Assembly (NCBI GenBank): GCA_943357985.1
Contig: CALRGR010000001.1
Location: 14,731 to 78,730, forward strand
Source of the DNA: Candidatus Levybacteria bacterium GW2011_GWA1_37_16
GTDB lineage: Bacteria; Patescibacteriota; Microgenomatia; Levybacterales; UBA12049
Direction of reading: 5' to 3'
DNA: 64,000 bases
Made by a program: the position numbers and the translations under genes
Shown: positions 20,418 through 29,896 of the stretch, piece by piece
How the letters are laid out: each line of letters starts with the position of its first letter
How positions within the stretch are numbered: the first letter of the stretch is position 1
Notes under the pieces: model-generated
Told to the model about the DNA's origin: nothing
What the model saw: only the letters and a program-made list of their open reading frames with translations
The model's database searches: none

Positions 20418-21311
20418 ATGGCAAAAGATTATTATCAATCCTTAGGGGTTACAAAATCTGCATCTGCAGATGAGATAAAAAAAGCTTACAGAAAATTAGC
20501 GCTTCAATACCACCCGGACAGGAATAAATCTAAAGAGGCTGATGGAAAATTCAAAGAGGTAACCAAGGCTTATGAAGTTTTATCAGATGCGGGCAAGAAG
20601 CAGACGTATGACCAATATGGACATTCTGCTTTTGATCCTTCGGCAGGCTCAGGACCTTTTGGGCAGGGTGGACAACAGGGTGGTCGTTATGGTCCATTCA
20701 CATATTCTTATACGACTAACGGCGGAGGACCAGCAGAAGGATTTGATTTTGATTCTGGAGGATTTTCTGACCCTTTTGATATCTTTGAGCAATTTTTTGG
20801 AGGCGCAAATCCCTTCGGCGGAGCTCAAGCTCGCAGACGACAGACTTACTCTTTAACAATAGATTTTAAGGATGCTGTTCATGGCGCGGAGAAGAAAGTA
20901 ACTATTGGAGGTAAAACTCAAAATATAAAAATTCCGGCAGGAGTTGATAATGGTTCAAGAATGAGATTTGGAGATTTTGATGTTGTCTTTGAAGTAAAAG
21001 GAAATCCAAAATTTAAAAGAGAAGGAAATGACATAATCTCCGAGCAAGAACTTTCTTTTGCCGATGCAGCTTTAGGAATAGAAGCAGAAGTTGAGACGAT
21101 TCATGGAAAATTAAAAATAAGAATTCCTTCAGGAACGCAACCAAATACTGTTATTAGGCTTGGAGGAAAAGGTGTGCCAAATCTTAGGGGTTCCGGACAC
21201 GGCGACCATTATGTTAGAATAAAATTAGTTGTTCCTAAGAATTTAACATCCCGTCAAAAAGAGTTGCTCCGCGAGTTTGAAGGAACAAAAAATAAGAAAA
21301 CCTGGTTCTAA
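20418..21311 (+). CDS. dnaJ: DnaJ-family co-chaperone lacking the Cys-rich zinc finger
   Basis: J domain with HPD, G/F-rich region, C-terminal domain; no CxxCxGxG repeats. Confidence 0.9.
   Translation: MAKDYYQSLGVTKSASADEIKKAYRKLALQYHPDRNKSKEADGKFKEVTKAYEVLSDAGKKQTYDQYGHSAFDPSAGSGPFGQGGQQGGRYGPFTYSYTTNGGGPAEGFDFDSGGFSDPFDIFEQFFGGANPFGGAQARRRQTYSLTIDFKDAVHGAEKKVTIGGKTQNIKIPAGVDNGSRMRFGDFDVVFEVKGNPKFKREGNDIISEQELSFADAALGIEAEVETIHGKLKIRIPSGTQPNTVIRLGGKGVPNLRGSGHGDHYVRIKLVVPKNLTSRQKELLREFEGTKNKKTWF
20636..20654 (+). repeat. Family A element, in frame in dnaJ (DPSAGSGP)
   Basis: tccttcggcaggctcagga, identical to the intergenic copy at 58513-58531. Confidence 0.88.
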
Positions 21312-21675
21312 TGCAAAAATTAATTCTACAATCTATTTTTACCTTTTATCCGCAGTCGGCATCGTGCTTCTTATAATTGGAGTATTCAATAGTTTTCATT
21401 ATGTTGTTGGTATAACAGCCTATGATAAGTATCCACTAAAATATGGGAATGAATCCCGCTGTCAATACATGCCGATTCCTGCCAAGGAAATTAGCGCAGA
21501 AACACCAGCGGACACAGTGGATCAAGAAAAAGCTAAGAAAGAGTGCTTAGATAGTCTTGAAGTAGAGAGAAAAAATACAAAAGTTGATGATCTTGAAAAG
21601 TCAATTGCTTTTACAGTTATTGGTCTTTTAGTTTTTGCTTCTCATTTCTACTTCGCCCGCAAACGAGTGAGTTAG
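21311..21675 (+). pseudogene. Two-TM membrane protein with two Cys in the loop; probable -1 frameshift just after the start
   Basis: ATG overlapping the dnaJ stop (TAATG) is one base out of frame; one more A in the A5 run (21315-21319) gives MQKINSTIYFYLLSAVG... Confidence 0.55.
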
Positions 21676-21713
21676 ACATTTTCAGACTAATGCTCGCTCG
21701 CAATTAACTAAAA

Positions 21714-21737
21714 GCTATACGCTATTCTCTATACGCT
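21714..21737. repeat. Heptamer array, inverted copy of 19573-19596
   Basis: Reverse complement of gctatacgctattctctatacgct matches 19573-19596 at 22/24. Confidence 0.75.
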
Positions 21738-21745
21738 GCCTATCA

Positions 21746-21774
21746 TTGAAGCCGAGCCTCAATTCTGATATACT
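21746..21774 (+). promoter_or_regulatory. nusA promoter
   Basis: TTGAAG-17-TATACT with TG extension, 9 nt before the ATG. Confidence 0.65.
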
Positions 21775-21783
21775 AGCGAAACT

Positions 21784-22920
21784 ATGCCAGCAGTTCAAAG
21801 AAGAAGTGAATTTGAGTTAGCATTAAATCAAGTCGCCAATGAAAGGGGCGTTGATGTATCCGTCGTTTTAGATACAGTTAAAAACGCAATTTTGGCAGCC
21901 TATAAAAAAGATCATCCTGAAGCTGAAGTTGAAGAATATGAAGCAACTTTAGATAGAAATACAGGAGAGGCAAAAATTTTTAACAAAGGTAAAAAAGACG
22001 TAACGCCTCCGGGATTTGGAAGAATTGCGGCCCAAACTGCAAAACAGGTAATACTTCAAAAAATCCGTGAAAAAGAGAAAGAAGCAATTCTTACAGACTA
22101 TAAAGGAAAAGTAGGGGCAATAGTAAATGGGATGGTTTTAAGATTTGCAGGGCCAAATATTATTGTAGATATTGGAAAAACAGAAGCTCTAATGCCGCCT
22201 CAAGAGCAGATTCCAAATGAAAAATATCATTTAAATCAAAGACTTACGGTTTATATTCTTGACATTAGAGAAGGGATAAAGGGCGAAGAAATAATTGTTT
22301 CAAGGGCAAATAGTGGACTTATTGAAGGGCTTTTCAAAAGAGAAGTTCCGGAAGTAGCACAGGGAAGTGTTGTTATAAAAGAGATAGCGAGAGAGCCGGG
22401 AAGTAGAACTAAGATTGCAGTTGCTTCAAATCAGAGCGGAATTGATCCTGTTGGAAGTTGTGTTGGCCAAAAAGGAGTAAGAATCCAAGCAATCATTGCG
22501 GAATTTTCCGGTTTTGAGAAAATAGATGTTATTCAATGGCATGAAAATCCAAAAAATTATATTGCTCAGTCTTTGTCTCCTGCTAAAAATGTAGAAGCTA
22601 CGGTTGATGAGAAAAGCAAAACTGCCCATGTTATCTTACCTAAAGAGGAGTTGTCACTTGCTATTGGAAAAGAAGGACAAAATGTCCGTCTTGCATCAAA
22701 ACTTACTGGATACAGAATTGAAATAGAAGGAAAAGAGGAGGAGATTTCAGAAGCTGCTGGTAGCACTTCGCACGTTTTAGATGACTCTCAGCCAGCTCCA
22801 GTGGAAGCACCAAGCTCAGAACCCGTTTCCAGTTCATCTGAAAGTGAAAATGTTCCCGTCGTCTCCAAAGCAAATGAAGAAGAAGTAAAGAAAGAAGAAG
22901 TTCAAGCTAGTCAGTCTTAA
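21784..22920 (+). CDS. nusA: Transcription factor NusA
   Basis: FGRIAAQTAKQVILQKIRE, AREPGSRTKIAV, DPVGSCVGQKG, LAIGKEGQNVRLAS. Confidence 0.98.
   Translation: MPAVQRRSEFELALNQVANERGVDVSVVLDTVKNAILAAYKKDHPEAEVEEYEATLDRNTGEAKIFNKGKKDVTPPGFGRIAAQTAKQVILQKIREKEKEAILTDYKGKVGAIVNGMVLRFAGPNIIVDIGKTEALMPPQEQIPNEKYHLNQRLTVYILDIREGIKGEEIIVSRANSGLIEGLFKREVPEVAQGSVVIKEIAREPGSRTKIAVASNQSGIDPVGSCVGQKGVRIQAIIAEFSGFEKIDVIQWHENPKNYIAQSLSPAKNVEATVDEKSKTAHVILPKEELSLAIGKEGQNVRLASKLTGYRIEIEGKEEEISEAAGSTSHVLDDSQPAPVEAPSSEPVSSSSESENVPVVSKANEEEVKKEEVQASQS
22750..22797 (+). repeat. Family D element shared by the nusA and rplC tails
   Basis: 38/45 nt identity plus one 3-nt gap to 59260-59304; peptides EAAGSTSHVLDD and EAAGSTSVSDD. 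Confidence 0.8.
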
Positions 22921-22952
22921 GCTATGAGAACTTCTTTGTCTTATCAAAAAAT

Positions 22953-24413
22953 ATGGATAAAAACTCAGATAAATCTACAACTTCAGATTCTTTGATAGTT
23001 CCCGTTGTTGCAGTACTGGGTCACGTAGATCACGGAAAAACCACACTTCTTGATGCAATAAGGAAAACCGATATTGCAAGTCGCGAGCATGGGGGAATTA
23101 CTCAGAGTATTGGTGCCTCAAAAATAGAACTTGTCCATGAAGGAAAGAAACGATTTATAACTTTTATTGATACGCCTGGACATGAAGCCTTTGCAAAAAT
23201 GAGAGGAAGGGGCGCACAAGCTGCGGATTTGGCTCTTCTTATTGTTTCTTCCGTTGATGGAGTAATGCCACAAACAAAAGAGAGTATCCAAATTATAAAA
23301 GCAGCAAAAGTTCCTTTTATTGTAGTTTTGACCAAATCCGATTTACCTGATAAAAATATTGAAATGGTAAAACAGCAATTGGTAAAAGAGGAAGTAATGA
23401 TTGAGGGATACGGTGGAGATGTTCCTGTTATTGAAGTCTCTTCAAGGAAAGGTGACAACATAAAAGAACTTTTGGATTTAATTTTGCTTGTTATGGAAAT
23501 GTCAGGAGAGAAAAAAGGATCCGAAAATGGAGAGCTTGAGGCTATTATTATTGAATCAAGGCTTGATCAAAAGTCAGGCCCAAAAGCCACCGTTGTTGTT
23601 AAAAATGGAACTTTAAATGTAAGAGATGAGGTTTGGGCAGGAGACGCAAAAGCAAAAATAAGAGCCTTGATTACAGATAAAGGAGATCAGGTTAAAAGTG
23701 TGACCATTGGGGAAGCGGTTGAAATTTTGGGGTTTGAAAAAGTTCCGCCAGTTGGATCCGTAGTTCATAAAGGCTTTATCACGTCAACAATACAGACTGA
23801 AGCAACTCAAGAGCCTGCAGCGTATAATCCAAATTTTTCAGAGCAGGAGCATCCTGTTTCAATTATTCTAGCAGCAGACACTCAAGGTTCTCTTGAAGCA
23901 CTTTTAAATGCTTTGCCGCCTGAGATAAATATTGTTCTTGCAAAAACCGGCGATATTTCTACTGCAGACGTATTGCTTGCAAAACCAACAAAGGCATTAG
24001 TTATCGGTTTTAATAAAAAGATTTCCGGTGATGTTGCAAATCTGGCAAGAACAGAGAAAATAATTGCTAAAAATTATAATCTAATCTATGAATTAATAGA
24101 TGAATTAAAAGACGCACTTGTTGGTAAGAAGCTTTCATTTGAAGAAAAGATATTCGGTGTCGCACAAATTCTGGCATCTTTCCCATTTGATAAACAAATA
24201 GTTATTGGAATTAAAATAACAGACGGCAGAATTGCAAAGGGAGATAAAGTTAGAATTGTCAGAGGGGAAAATATTATTGGAGAGTCATCGGTTACATCTC
24301 TTAGGCAAGGGAAGAATACCCTCTCTAAAGTAGAAGGGGGTCAGGAAGCGGGAGTAATACTTTCTCCCCAAATTGACTTTAATGTTGGCGATATGCTAAT
24401 ATCCCATGACTAA
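22953..24413 (+). CDS. infB: Translation initiation factor IF-2 (no N-terminal domain)
   Basis: [44 protein letters not shown]. Confidence 0.96.
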   Translation: MDKNSDKSTTSDSLIVPVVAVLGHVDHGKTTLLDAIRKTDIASREHGGITQSIGASKIELVHEGKKRFITFIDTPGHEAFAKMRGRGAQAADLALLIVSSVDGVMPQTKESIQIIKAAKVPFIVVLTKSDLPDKNIEMVKQQLVKEEVMIEGYGGDVPVIEVSSRKGDNIKELLDLILLVMEMSGEKKGSENGELEAIIIESRLDQKSGPKATVVVKNGTLNVRDEVWAGDAKAKIRALITDKGDQVKSVTIGEAVEILGFEKVPPVGSVVHKGFITSTIQTEATQEPAAYNPNFSEQEHPVSIILAADTQGSLEALLNALPPEINIVLAKTGDISTADVLLAKPTKALVIGFNKKISGDVANLARTEKIIAKNYNLIYELIDELKDALVGKKLSFEEKIFGVAQILASFPFDKQIVIGIKITDGRIAKGDKVRIVRGENIIGESSVTSLRQGKNTLSKVEGGQEAGVILSPQIDFNVGDMLISHD

Positions 24414-24415
24414 AC

Positions 24416-25498
24416 ATGAATGAGCCTAGCTTTTCTCAAGCAAGAGAACTTATTGATAATAATGAAGCCATTGGAATAGTTGTTGGAAAAAATCCCAACA
24501 CGGATGCGATGGGGGCCGCTCTTGCTCTATATTTATCTCTCCAAGCCTCCGGTAAGAAAGTTTTCATAGCATCTGCAACACAGCCTATTGTAGAACTTTC
24601 AAATCTTGTTGGAATTGATAAAGTTAAGGATAGCTTTGAGGGAGAAGGCGGGGATTTGATAGTATCTTTTCCTTACAAAGAAGGAGAAATAGATAAAGTT
24701 TCCTATACTCTTGAAGAAGGTTTTCTTAATATTGTTGTAAAGCCCGGAGAATTAGGACTTTCTTTTACGGAACAGGATGTAATCTATAGAAGAAAAGGAC
24801 AGTATCCGGGACTTATTTTTACAGTTGGAGTGCCTAGAATTTCTGACCTTTCCTCTGTTTTTGACATAAGTGCTTTAAAAGATACCCAAATTATTAATAT
24901 AGATAACGGTGCGGAAAATCAGGGATATGGGGACGTAGTTATTATTGACCTTAACTCTTCTTCTGTTTCTGAACAAGTTACAAAACTTATAGTATCTTTA
25001 GGATTTGAGATAGATTTGGATGTTGCTCAAAACTTATTTTCTGGAATCGCACAGGGTACAAGCAACTTTCAGGATATAAGTACATCTCCTCAAGCTTTTG
25101 AAATGGCTGGAATGCTTATGAATAAAGGCGCAATTAGGCAAAGAGTTGAAAGAATGGAAAAAACTATTCAGTCTCAGGAAGAAAATTTATTTGAACCCCA
25201 AAATCCGGGAGAAGTATTACAACAACTGTCTCAAATACAAGGATATCGTGGACAGCAACAAAAGAGATTTGAGAATAAGGGAACCCGCTTGCAATCGCCT
25301 CGCGGCGCATCTAGTGGCGGGCAGGGAAATTTCCCTCAAAAAGTACAACAAAATCAATTAAGACCACAAAAGCAAGAGCAACCTCAATCTCAGGAGCAAA
25401 CCCAAAACCCAGACCTGCCTGTCGGCAGGCAGGATCTTAAAAATCCACCCGAAGAATGGCTTACGCCAAAAGTTTACAAAGGTTCCACCAACGTCTAG
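24416..25498 (+). CDS. Degenerate DHH/NrnA-like protein with Q-rich tail
   Basis: NPNTDAMGAALAL and IINIDNG replace the DxD and DHH motifs; SSSVSE; GIAQGTSNF; tail ending PPEEWLTPKVYKGS. Confidence 0.75.
   Translation: MNEPSFSQARELIDNNEAIGIVVGKNPNTDAMGAALALYLSLQASGKKVFIASATQPIVELSNLVGIDKVKDSFEGEGGDLIVSFPYKEGEIDKVSYTLEEGFLNIVVKPGELGLSFTEQDVIYRRKGQYPGLIFTVGVPRISDLSSVFDISALKDTQIINIDNGAENQGYGDVVIIDLNSSSVSEQVTKLIVSLGFEIDLDVAQNLFSGIAQGTSNFQDISTSPQAFEMAGMLMNKGAIRQRVERMEKTIQSQEENLFEPQNPGEVLQQLSQIQGYRGQQQKRFENKGTRLQSPRGASSGGQGNFPQKVQQNQLRPQKQEQPQSQEQTQNPDLPVGRQDLKNPPEEWLTPKVYKGSTNV
25284..25325. repeat. Long family B-related element, in frame (RLQSPRGASSGGQ)
   Basis: cccgcttgcaatcgcctcgcggcgcatctagtggcgggcagg, GC-rich with cccgc/gcggg arms. 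Confidence 0.6.
25414..25433. repeat. Family B palindromic element, in frame (DLPVGRQD)
   Basis: cctgcctgtcggcaggcagg, 20-nt palindrome with one mismatch. Confidence 0.85.
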
Positions 25499-25509
25499 TA
25501 AATCTACTC

Positions 25510-25538
25510 TTGAGATAAGCGTAAGAAGCTGGTATAAT
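25510..25538 (+). promoter_or_regulatory. rpsO-pnp promoter
   Basis: TTGAGA-17-TATAAT with TG extension. Confidence 0.75.
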
Positions 25539-25555
25539 ACATTCTTAGTTCAACG

Positions 25556-25590
25556 AAATTATAAATTTTGAATTTTAAATTATAAATTAA
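25556..25590. repeat. Heptamer tandem repeat (AAATTAT-like)x5 in rpsO leader
   Basis: aaattat aaatttt gaatttt aaattat aaattaa. Confidence 0.65.
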
Positions 25591-25594
25591 CTTT

Positions 25595-25867
25595 ATGCCG
25601 CTATCGCCAACAGTAAAAAAGGAAGTTATAAAACAATTTCAAACCGTAGAGGGAGACACGGGAAGTCCTGAAGTGCAAATTGCTCTTTTAACTACTAGAA
25701 TTGATAGACTTGCAGAGCATCTTAAAATGCACATTCATGATGTACACTCAAGGCGCGGACTTTTATCTATGATTGCAAAAAGAAGAAGACTTGTGAACTT
25801 CCTAAAAAAGGTGGATAAAACCCGCCACACCACAATTGTTAAGAAAATTGGAATTAAGGATAATTAA
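25595..25867 (+). CDS. rpsO: 30S ribosomal protein S15
   Basis: DTGSPEVQIALLT, DVHSRRGLL. Confidence 0.98.
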   Translation: MPLSPTVKKEVIKQFQTVEGDTGSPEVQIALLTTRIDRLAEHLKMHIHDVHSRRGLLSMIAKRRRLVNFLKKVDKTRHTTIVKKIGIKDN

Positions 25868-28167
25868 TGGAAAAAAATAAAATAGAAGAAACCCTCAAAA
25901 TTGCAGGAAAAACTCTCACTTTCCAAATAGGAATGTTGGCTGTTCAAGCAACGTCATCAGTGTTGGCGCGTCTTGGAGATACTGTGGTTTTAGTAACCGT
26001 AGTTGAAGGCGGAAAAAGTGACTTAGACTACTTCCCTCTCTCGGTTGATTATGTTGAAAGGCTTTATGCCGGAGGAAGAATTAAAGGTTCGCGTTGGGTA
26101 AAACGTGAAGGAAGACCATCTGATGAAGCAATTCTTGCTGGGCGACTTATTGACCGTTCAATACGTCCTCTCTTCCCAAAAGCATTCAAAAACGAAGTAC
26201 AAATAATTGTTACAGTTTTGTCTGTTGATGGAGAGAATGATCCGGATATTTTAGCCTTAAATGCAGTATCTGCAGCAATAGCAATTTCCAGAATTCCATG
26301 GAACGGTCCAATAGCAGCAGTAAGAGTTGGATATGACGGGAAGGATATTGTTATTAATCCAAGTGCAGAACAATCAAAAGATATGGATCTTGTTGTCTCC
26401 CAATTAAAAGATAAAACTGTCATGATTGAGGCTGGCGCAAATCAGATAACGGAGGAAATTTTGGTTGAAGGAGTTGAAAAGGCACACATTGAAACTATCA
26501 AAATTATTGAGGCAATTGAAAAATTAGTAAAAAAAGCTGGACAAGCAAAGCTTACGGTTCCGGAAGAAACTAAGCTTTATGAAATAACAGCCTTGGTTGA
26601 AAAATCTTATAAAGAAGAAGTTCAAAAATTAATTGAACTTAGGGTTGGTAAAGAAGGCGGTGGAAATGAAACACATTCTCTAGTTGATAAAATTTACGAA
26701 GATACAAAGTTAAAAGATCCTGCAGCGGAAATAGATAAAAAGACAATAGCGGCAGCTGTTGAAAAAGTAATGTTTAAGATAATCCGTACAAATGTTCTAA
26801 AAACAGGAAGACGCGCAGACGCAAGAAAAATGGATGAAATCCGCCCTCTTGATATGAGTGTTGGACTTTTACCTAGGACCCACGGATCTGCTTTATTTCA
26901 AAGAGGAATTACACAAGCCTTGTCAGTTGTTACTTTAGGATCGCCTAGAATGGAGCAATTGATAGAGTCTGCAGAAGGCGAAGTAAGTAAAAGATATATG
27001 CACCACTATTCGGGACTTCCTTATTCATTTGGTCAAACAGGAAGAGTTGGTACTCCTTCAAGACGTGAAATAGGACATGGAGCACTTGCTGAAAAAGCAA
27101 TCATTCCAGTTATTCCAAGTCAGGAAGATTTTCCTTATACAATTCGCGTAGTTTCGGAGGTTTTGTCGCAGAACGGTTCAAGCTCTATGGCATCAACTTG
27201 CGGTTCAACCCTTGCTCTTATGGATGCGGGTGTGCCAATTACAAAACCTGTGGCCGGAATTTCAATTGGAATGATATCGGATGAAAGCAAATATGAGCTT
27301 TTGACAGATATTATTGGAATTGAAGATTTTTGTGGAGACATGGATTTCAAAGTTGCAGGAACAGATGCAGGAGTTACTGCAATTCAACTGGATGTAAAAA
27401 TTCCGGGGCTTACAGTTGAACAAATTAAAGCTATTTTTGCAAGATCAAAGACTGCCAGACTAGAAATCCTTAAAAAGATGCTAGAAGTTATTCCAGCACC
27501 AAGAGCAAATATTTCTCAGTATGCGCCTAAGATTGAAACAATTCATATTCCTGTTGATAAAATTGGGGAACTTATTGGACCCGGCGGGAAAATGATTAAA
27601 CATATAATTGCAACAACTGGAGCACAAGTTGATGTTGAAGACGATGGAAAAGTTACCGTTTCCGGAGTTGAACAAGAAGCAGTTGCCAAAGCAGCCAATT
27701 GGGTGAGGGATATGATGAGAGAAGTTGTAGTTGGGGAAATTTTTGAAGGAGAAGTAAAAAGAATCCTTCCTTTTGGAGCATTTGTTGAATTCTTACCAGG
27801 GAAAGAAGGAATGGTACACGTTTCTCAAATGTCACAAGGATTTGTAAAAGATCCCCGTGACGTTGTTAATATTGGAGACAAAGTTAAAGTTAGGGTATTT
27901 GAAGTTGATGAGCAGGGAAGAATAAATCTTTCAATGCTTATGGATGGAGAGAAAAAGGAAACACAGGCTTCGGGCAGGCATGGAAGAGACGAAGGCTCTC
28001 GGGAAGAAGTCGAAGAAAGACAGCCAGATCAAAGACAGCCTGAAGTGCCACAAGCAGGAGAAGTGCATCCGTTAGTACAGCAATTTAGAAGGGAAAGATT
28101 TTCAAAACCAGGCGGACCAGGACGTCGCCCGGGATTTGGTAACCGTGACCGCAAGCCCCACTACTAA
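25867..28167 (+). CDS. pnp: Polyribonucleotide nucleotidyltransferase
   Basis: RLIDRSIRPLFP, RREIGHG, GDMDFKVAG; KH and S1 domains. Confidence 0.98.
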   Translation: MEKNKIEETLKIAGKTLTFQIGMLAVQATSSVLARLGDTVVLVTVVEGGKSDLDYFPLSVDYVERLYAGGRIKGSRWVKREGRPSDEAILAGRLIDRSIRPLFPKAFKNEVQIIVTVLSVDGENDPDILALNAVSAAIAISRIPWNGPIAAVRVGYDGKDIVINPSAEQSKDMDLVVSQLKDKTVMIEAGANQITEEILVEGVEKAHIETIKIIEAIEKLVKKAGQAKLTVPEETKLYEITALVEKSYKEEVQKLIELRVGKEGGGNETHSLVDKIYEDTKLKDPAAEIDKKTIAAAVEKVMFKIIRTNVLKTGRRADARKMDEIRPLDMSVGLLPRTHGSALFQRGITQALSVVTLGSPRMEQLIESAEGEVSKRYMHHYSGLPYSFGQTGRVGTPSRREIGHGALAEKAIIPVIPSQEDFPYTIRVVSEVLSQNGSSSMASTCGSTLALMDAGVPITKPVAGISIGMISDESKYELLTDIIGIEDFCGDMDFKVAGTDAGVTAIQLDVKIPGLTVEQIKAIFARSKTARLEILKKMLEVIPAPRANISQYAPKIETIHIPVDKIGELIGPGGKMIKHIIATTGAQVDVEDDGKVTVSGVEQEAVAKAANWVRDMMREVVVGEIFEGEVKRILPFGAFVEFLPGKEGMVHVSQMSQGFVKDPRDVVNIGDKVKVRVFEVDEQGRINLSMLMDGEKKETQASGRHGRDEGSREEVEERQPDQRQPEVPQAGEVHPLVQQFRRERFSKPGGPGRRPGFGNRDRKPHY

Positions 28168-28205
28168 GCTTTGCTCGTGATATACTAAAGTTAGACCTCT
28201 TAATT

Positions 28206-29861
28206 ATGGACAATAAAATATCTTTTATACCTCTTGGAGGCCCCGGTGATGTAACGCGCAACATGTATCTTTATGAGTACAGAAACGAAATACTCATTGT
28301 AGATTGTGGCCTTGGATTTGCTGATGAATCAATGCTTGGAGTTGATCTTCTTTTGCCGGACATATCGTATTTAACCGCGACTAAAAAAAGAATTGTGGGA
28401 ATGGTTTTAACACACGGTCATGAAGATCACATAGGAGCACTGCCTTTTATTTTACCTCAACTGCCAAAAATTCCGGTTTATGGATCTCCGTTAACAGCAG
28501 CTCTGGCCAATGAAAAACTCATAGAATTTGGAATAGTTGATAGGGTAAATGCTGTGCCTTTTGAAAATAATACGGTCTCAATTAGCTCTTTCACATGTTC
28601 TTTTATAAGAGTTACTCATTCCGTGCCGGATACTTCTCATATTTTTATAAAAACTCCTGTAGGTAATTTCTATCATGGTAGTGATTTTAAATTTGATAAC
28701 ACGCCACATGATGGGAAAGTAAGTGACTATGAAAAAATTAAAAAATATTGCCAGGAGGGAATAGTTGCTTTAATGTCGGATTGTTTGGGATCTGAAAGAA
28801 AAGGCCGTACAAACTCGGAAATTATTATACCTCCAATAATTCAGAAAGAACTGGAAAGATGTAAGGGAAAATTTATAGTTACGACTTATTCTTCAAATAT
28901 TGCAAGACTTAATCAAATCATTTCAGCATCGGAAAAGATAGGAAGAAAAGTGTGTTTTGTGGGCCGTTCACTTATAAGAACAAAAGAAGTCGCAAAAAGA
29001 ATAGGATATCTTAATATTTTACAAGGAACGGAAATTGAGATAGGGGAAATAAGAAACTATCCGGACAATAGATTGACGCTTGTTATTGCTGGAAGCCAGG
29101 GTCAGGAAAATTCAGGGATGGCAAGGGTTGCAAATGGAGAACATCGGGATATAAAACTTTCCGAAAATGACACGATTATTTTTTCTTCAGACCCAATTCC
29201 CGGTAATGAAGTCTTGGTTTATGAACTTATAGATACGCTTGCTAAAAAGGGGTGTAGGGTTTTGTATTCTGGATATACTCAAAATGTCCATGTTTCAGGG
29301 CACGCATCACAAGAGGAAATGTTGGAGCTTATTTCTCTGACGAAGCCCGCCAATTTAATACCAATTGGCGGAAATTTTAGGCATATGGCTGCTTATAGAA
29401 GCTTGGTAGAAAGCAATGGATTTAGAAGACAAAATGTTTTCCTAATTGAGGATGGGCAAGAAATTATTTTTTCGGGAAATTTAGCAAAACAAGGAAGAAA
29501 AATTCCTATTAAAAATGTATTCGTGGATCAGATTTCAGGTGGAGAAATTGAACAATTTGTAATTCGCGACAGGCAAAAAATCTCCCAGGAGGGAATAGTG
29601 GTTGTAATGGCGGAAGTAGATGTGCAGACAGGACAAATAGTAAATAAGCCAACAATTATTTTACGAGGTCTTCCATTGAAGGATTCTGATTTAATAAATG
29701 AGAGAGTGCCAAGGGAACTTAAAAAAGCACTATCTAAAAACCGTGGGAGAGTCACAAATCTTCTTAATATAAGAAAGTTTATAAATGAAGTTTCAAACAC
29801 GGTAATATTTAGGGCTACAAGACGCCGCCCTCTAATTATCCCTGTCGTGATTGAAGTTTGA
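28206..29861 (+). CDS. rnj: Ribonuclease J
   Basis: THGHEDHIG, AGSQGQE, HVSGHAS, TRRRPLIIPVVIEV. Confidence 0.96.
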   Translation: MDNKISFIPLGGPGDVTRNMYLYEYRNEILIVDCGLGFADESMLGVDLLLPDISYLTATKKRIVGMVLTHGHEDHIGALPFILPQLPKIPVYGSPLTAALANEKLIEFGIVDRVNAVPFENNTVSISSFTCSFIRVTHSVPDTSHIFIKTPVGNFYHGSDFKFDNTPHDGKVSDYEKIKKYCQEGIVALMSDCLGSERKGRTNSEIIIPPIIQKELERCKGKFIVTTYSSNIARLNQIISASEKIGRKVCFVGRSLIRTKEVAKRIGYLNILQGTEIEIGEIRNYPDNRLTLVIAGSQGQENSGMARVANGEHRDIKLSENDTIIFSSDPIPGNEVLVYELIDTLAKKGCRVLYSGYTQNVHVSGHASQEEMLELISLTKPANLIPIGGNFRHMAAYRSLVESNGFRRQNVFLIEDGQEIIFSGNLAKQGRKIPIKNVFVDQISGGEIEQFVIRDRQKISQEGIVVVMAEVDVQTGQIVNKPTIILRGLPLKDSDLINERVPRELKKALSKNRGRVTNLLNIRKFINEVSNTVIFRATRRRPLIIPVVIEV

Positions 29862-29896
29862 CAAGCATTTCGTGCTTTGATAGTATCTAGTTTGCC

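Noticed and set aside
27967-27980. gcttcgggcaggca in the pnp tail as a repeat copy
   Set aside because: Only a partial match to families A and B, with no closing stem
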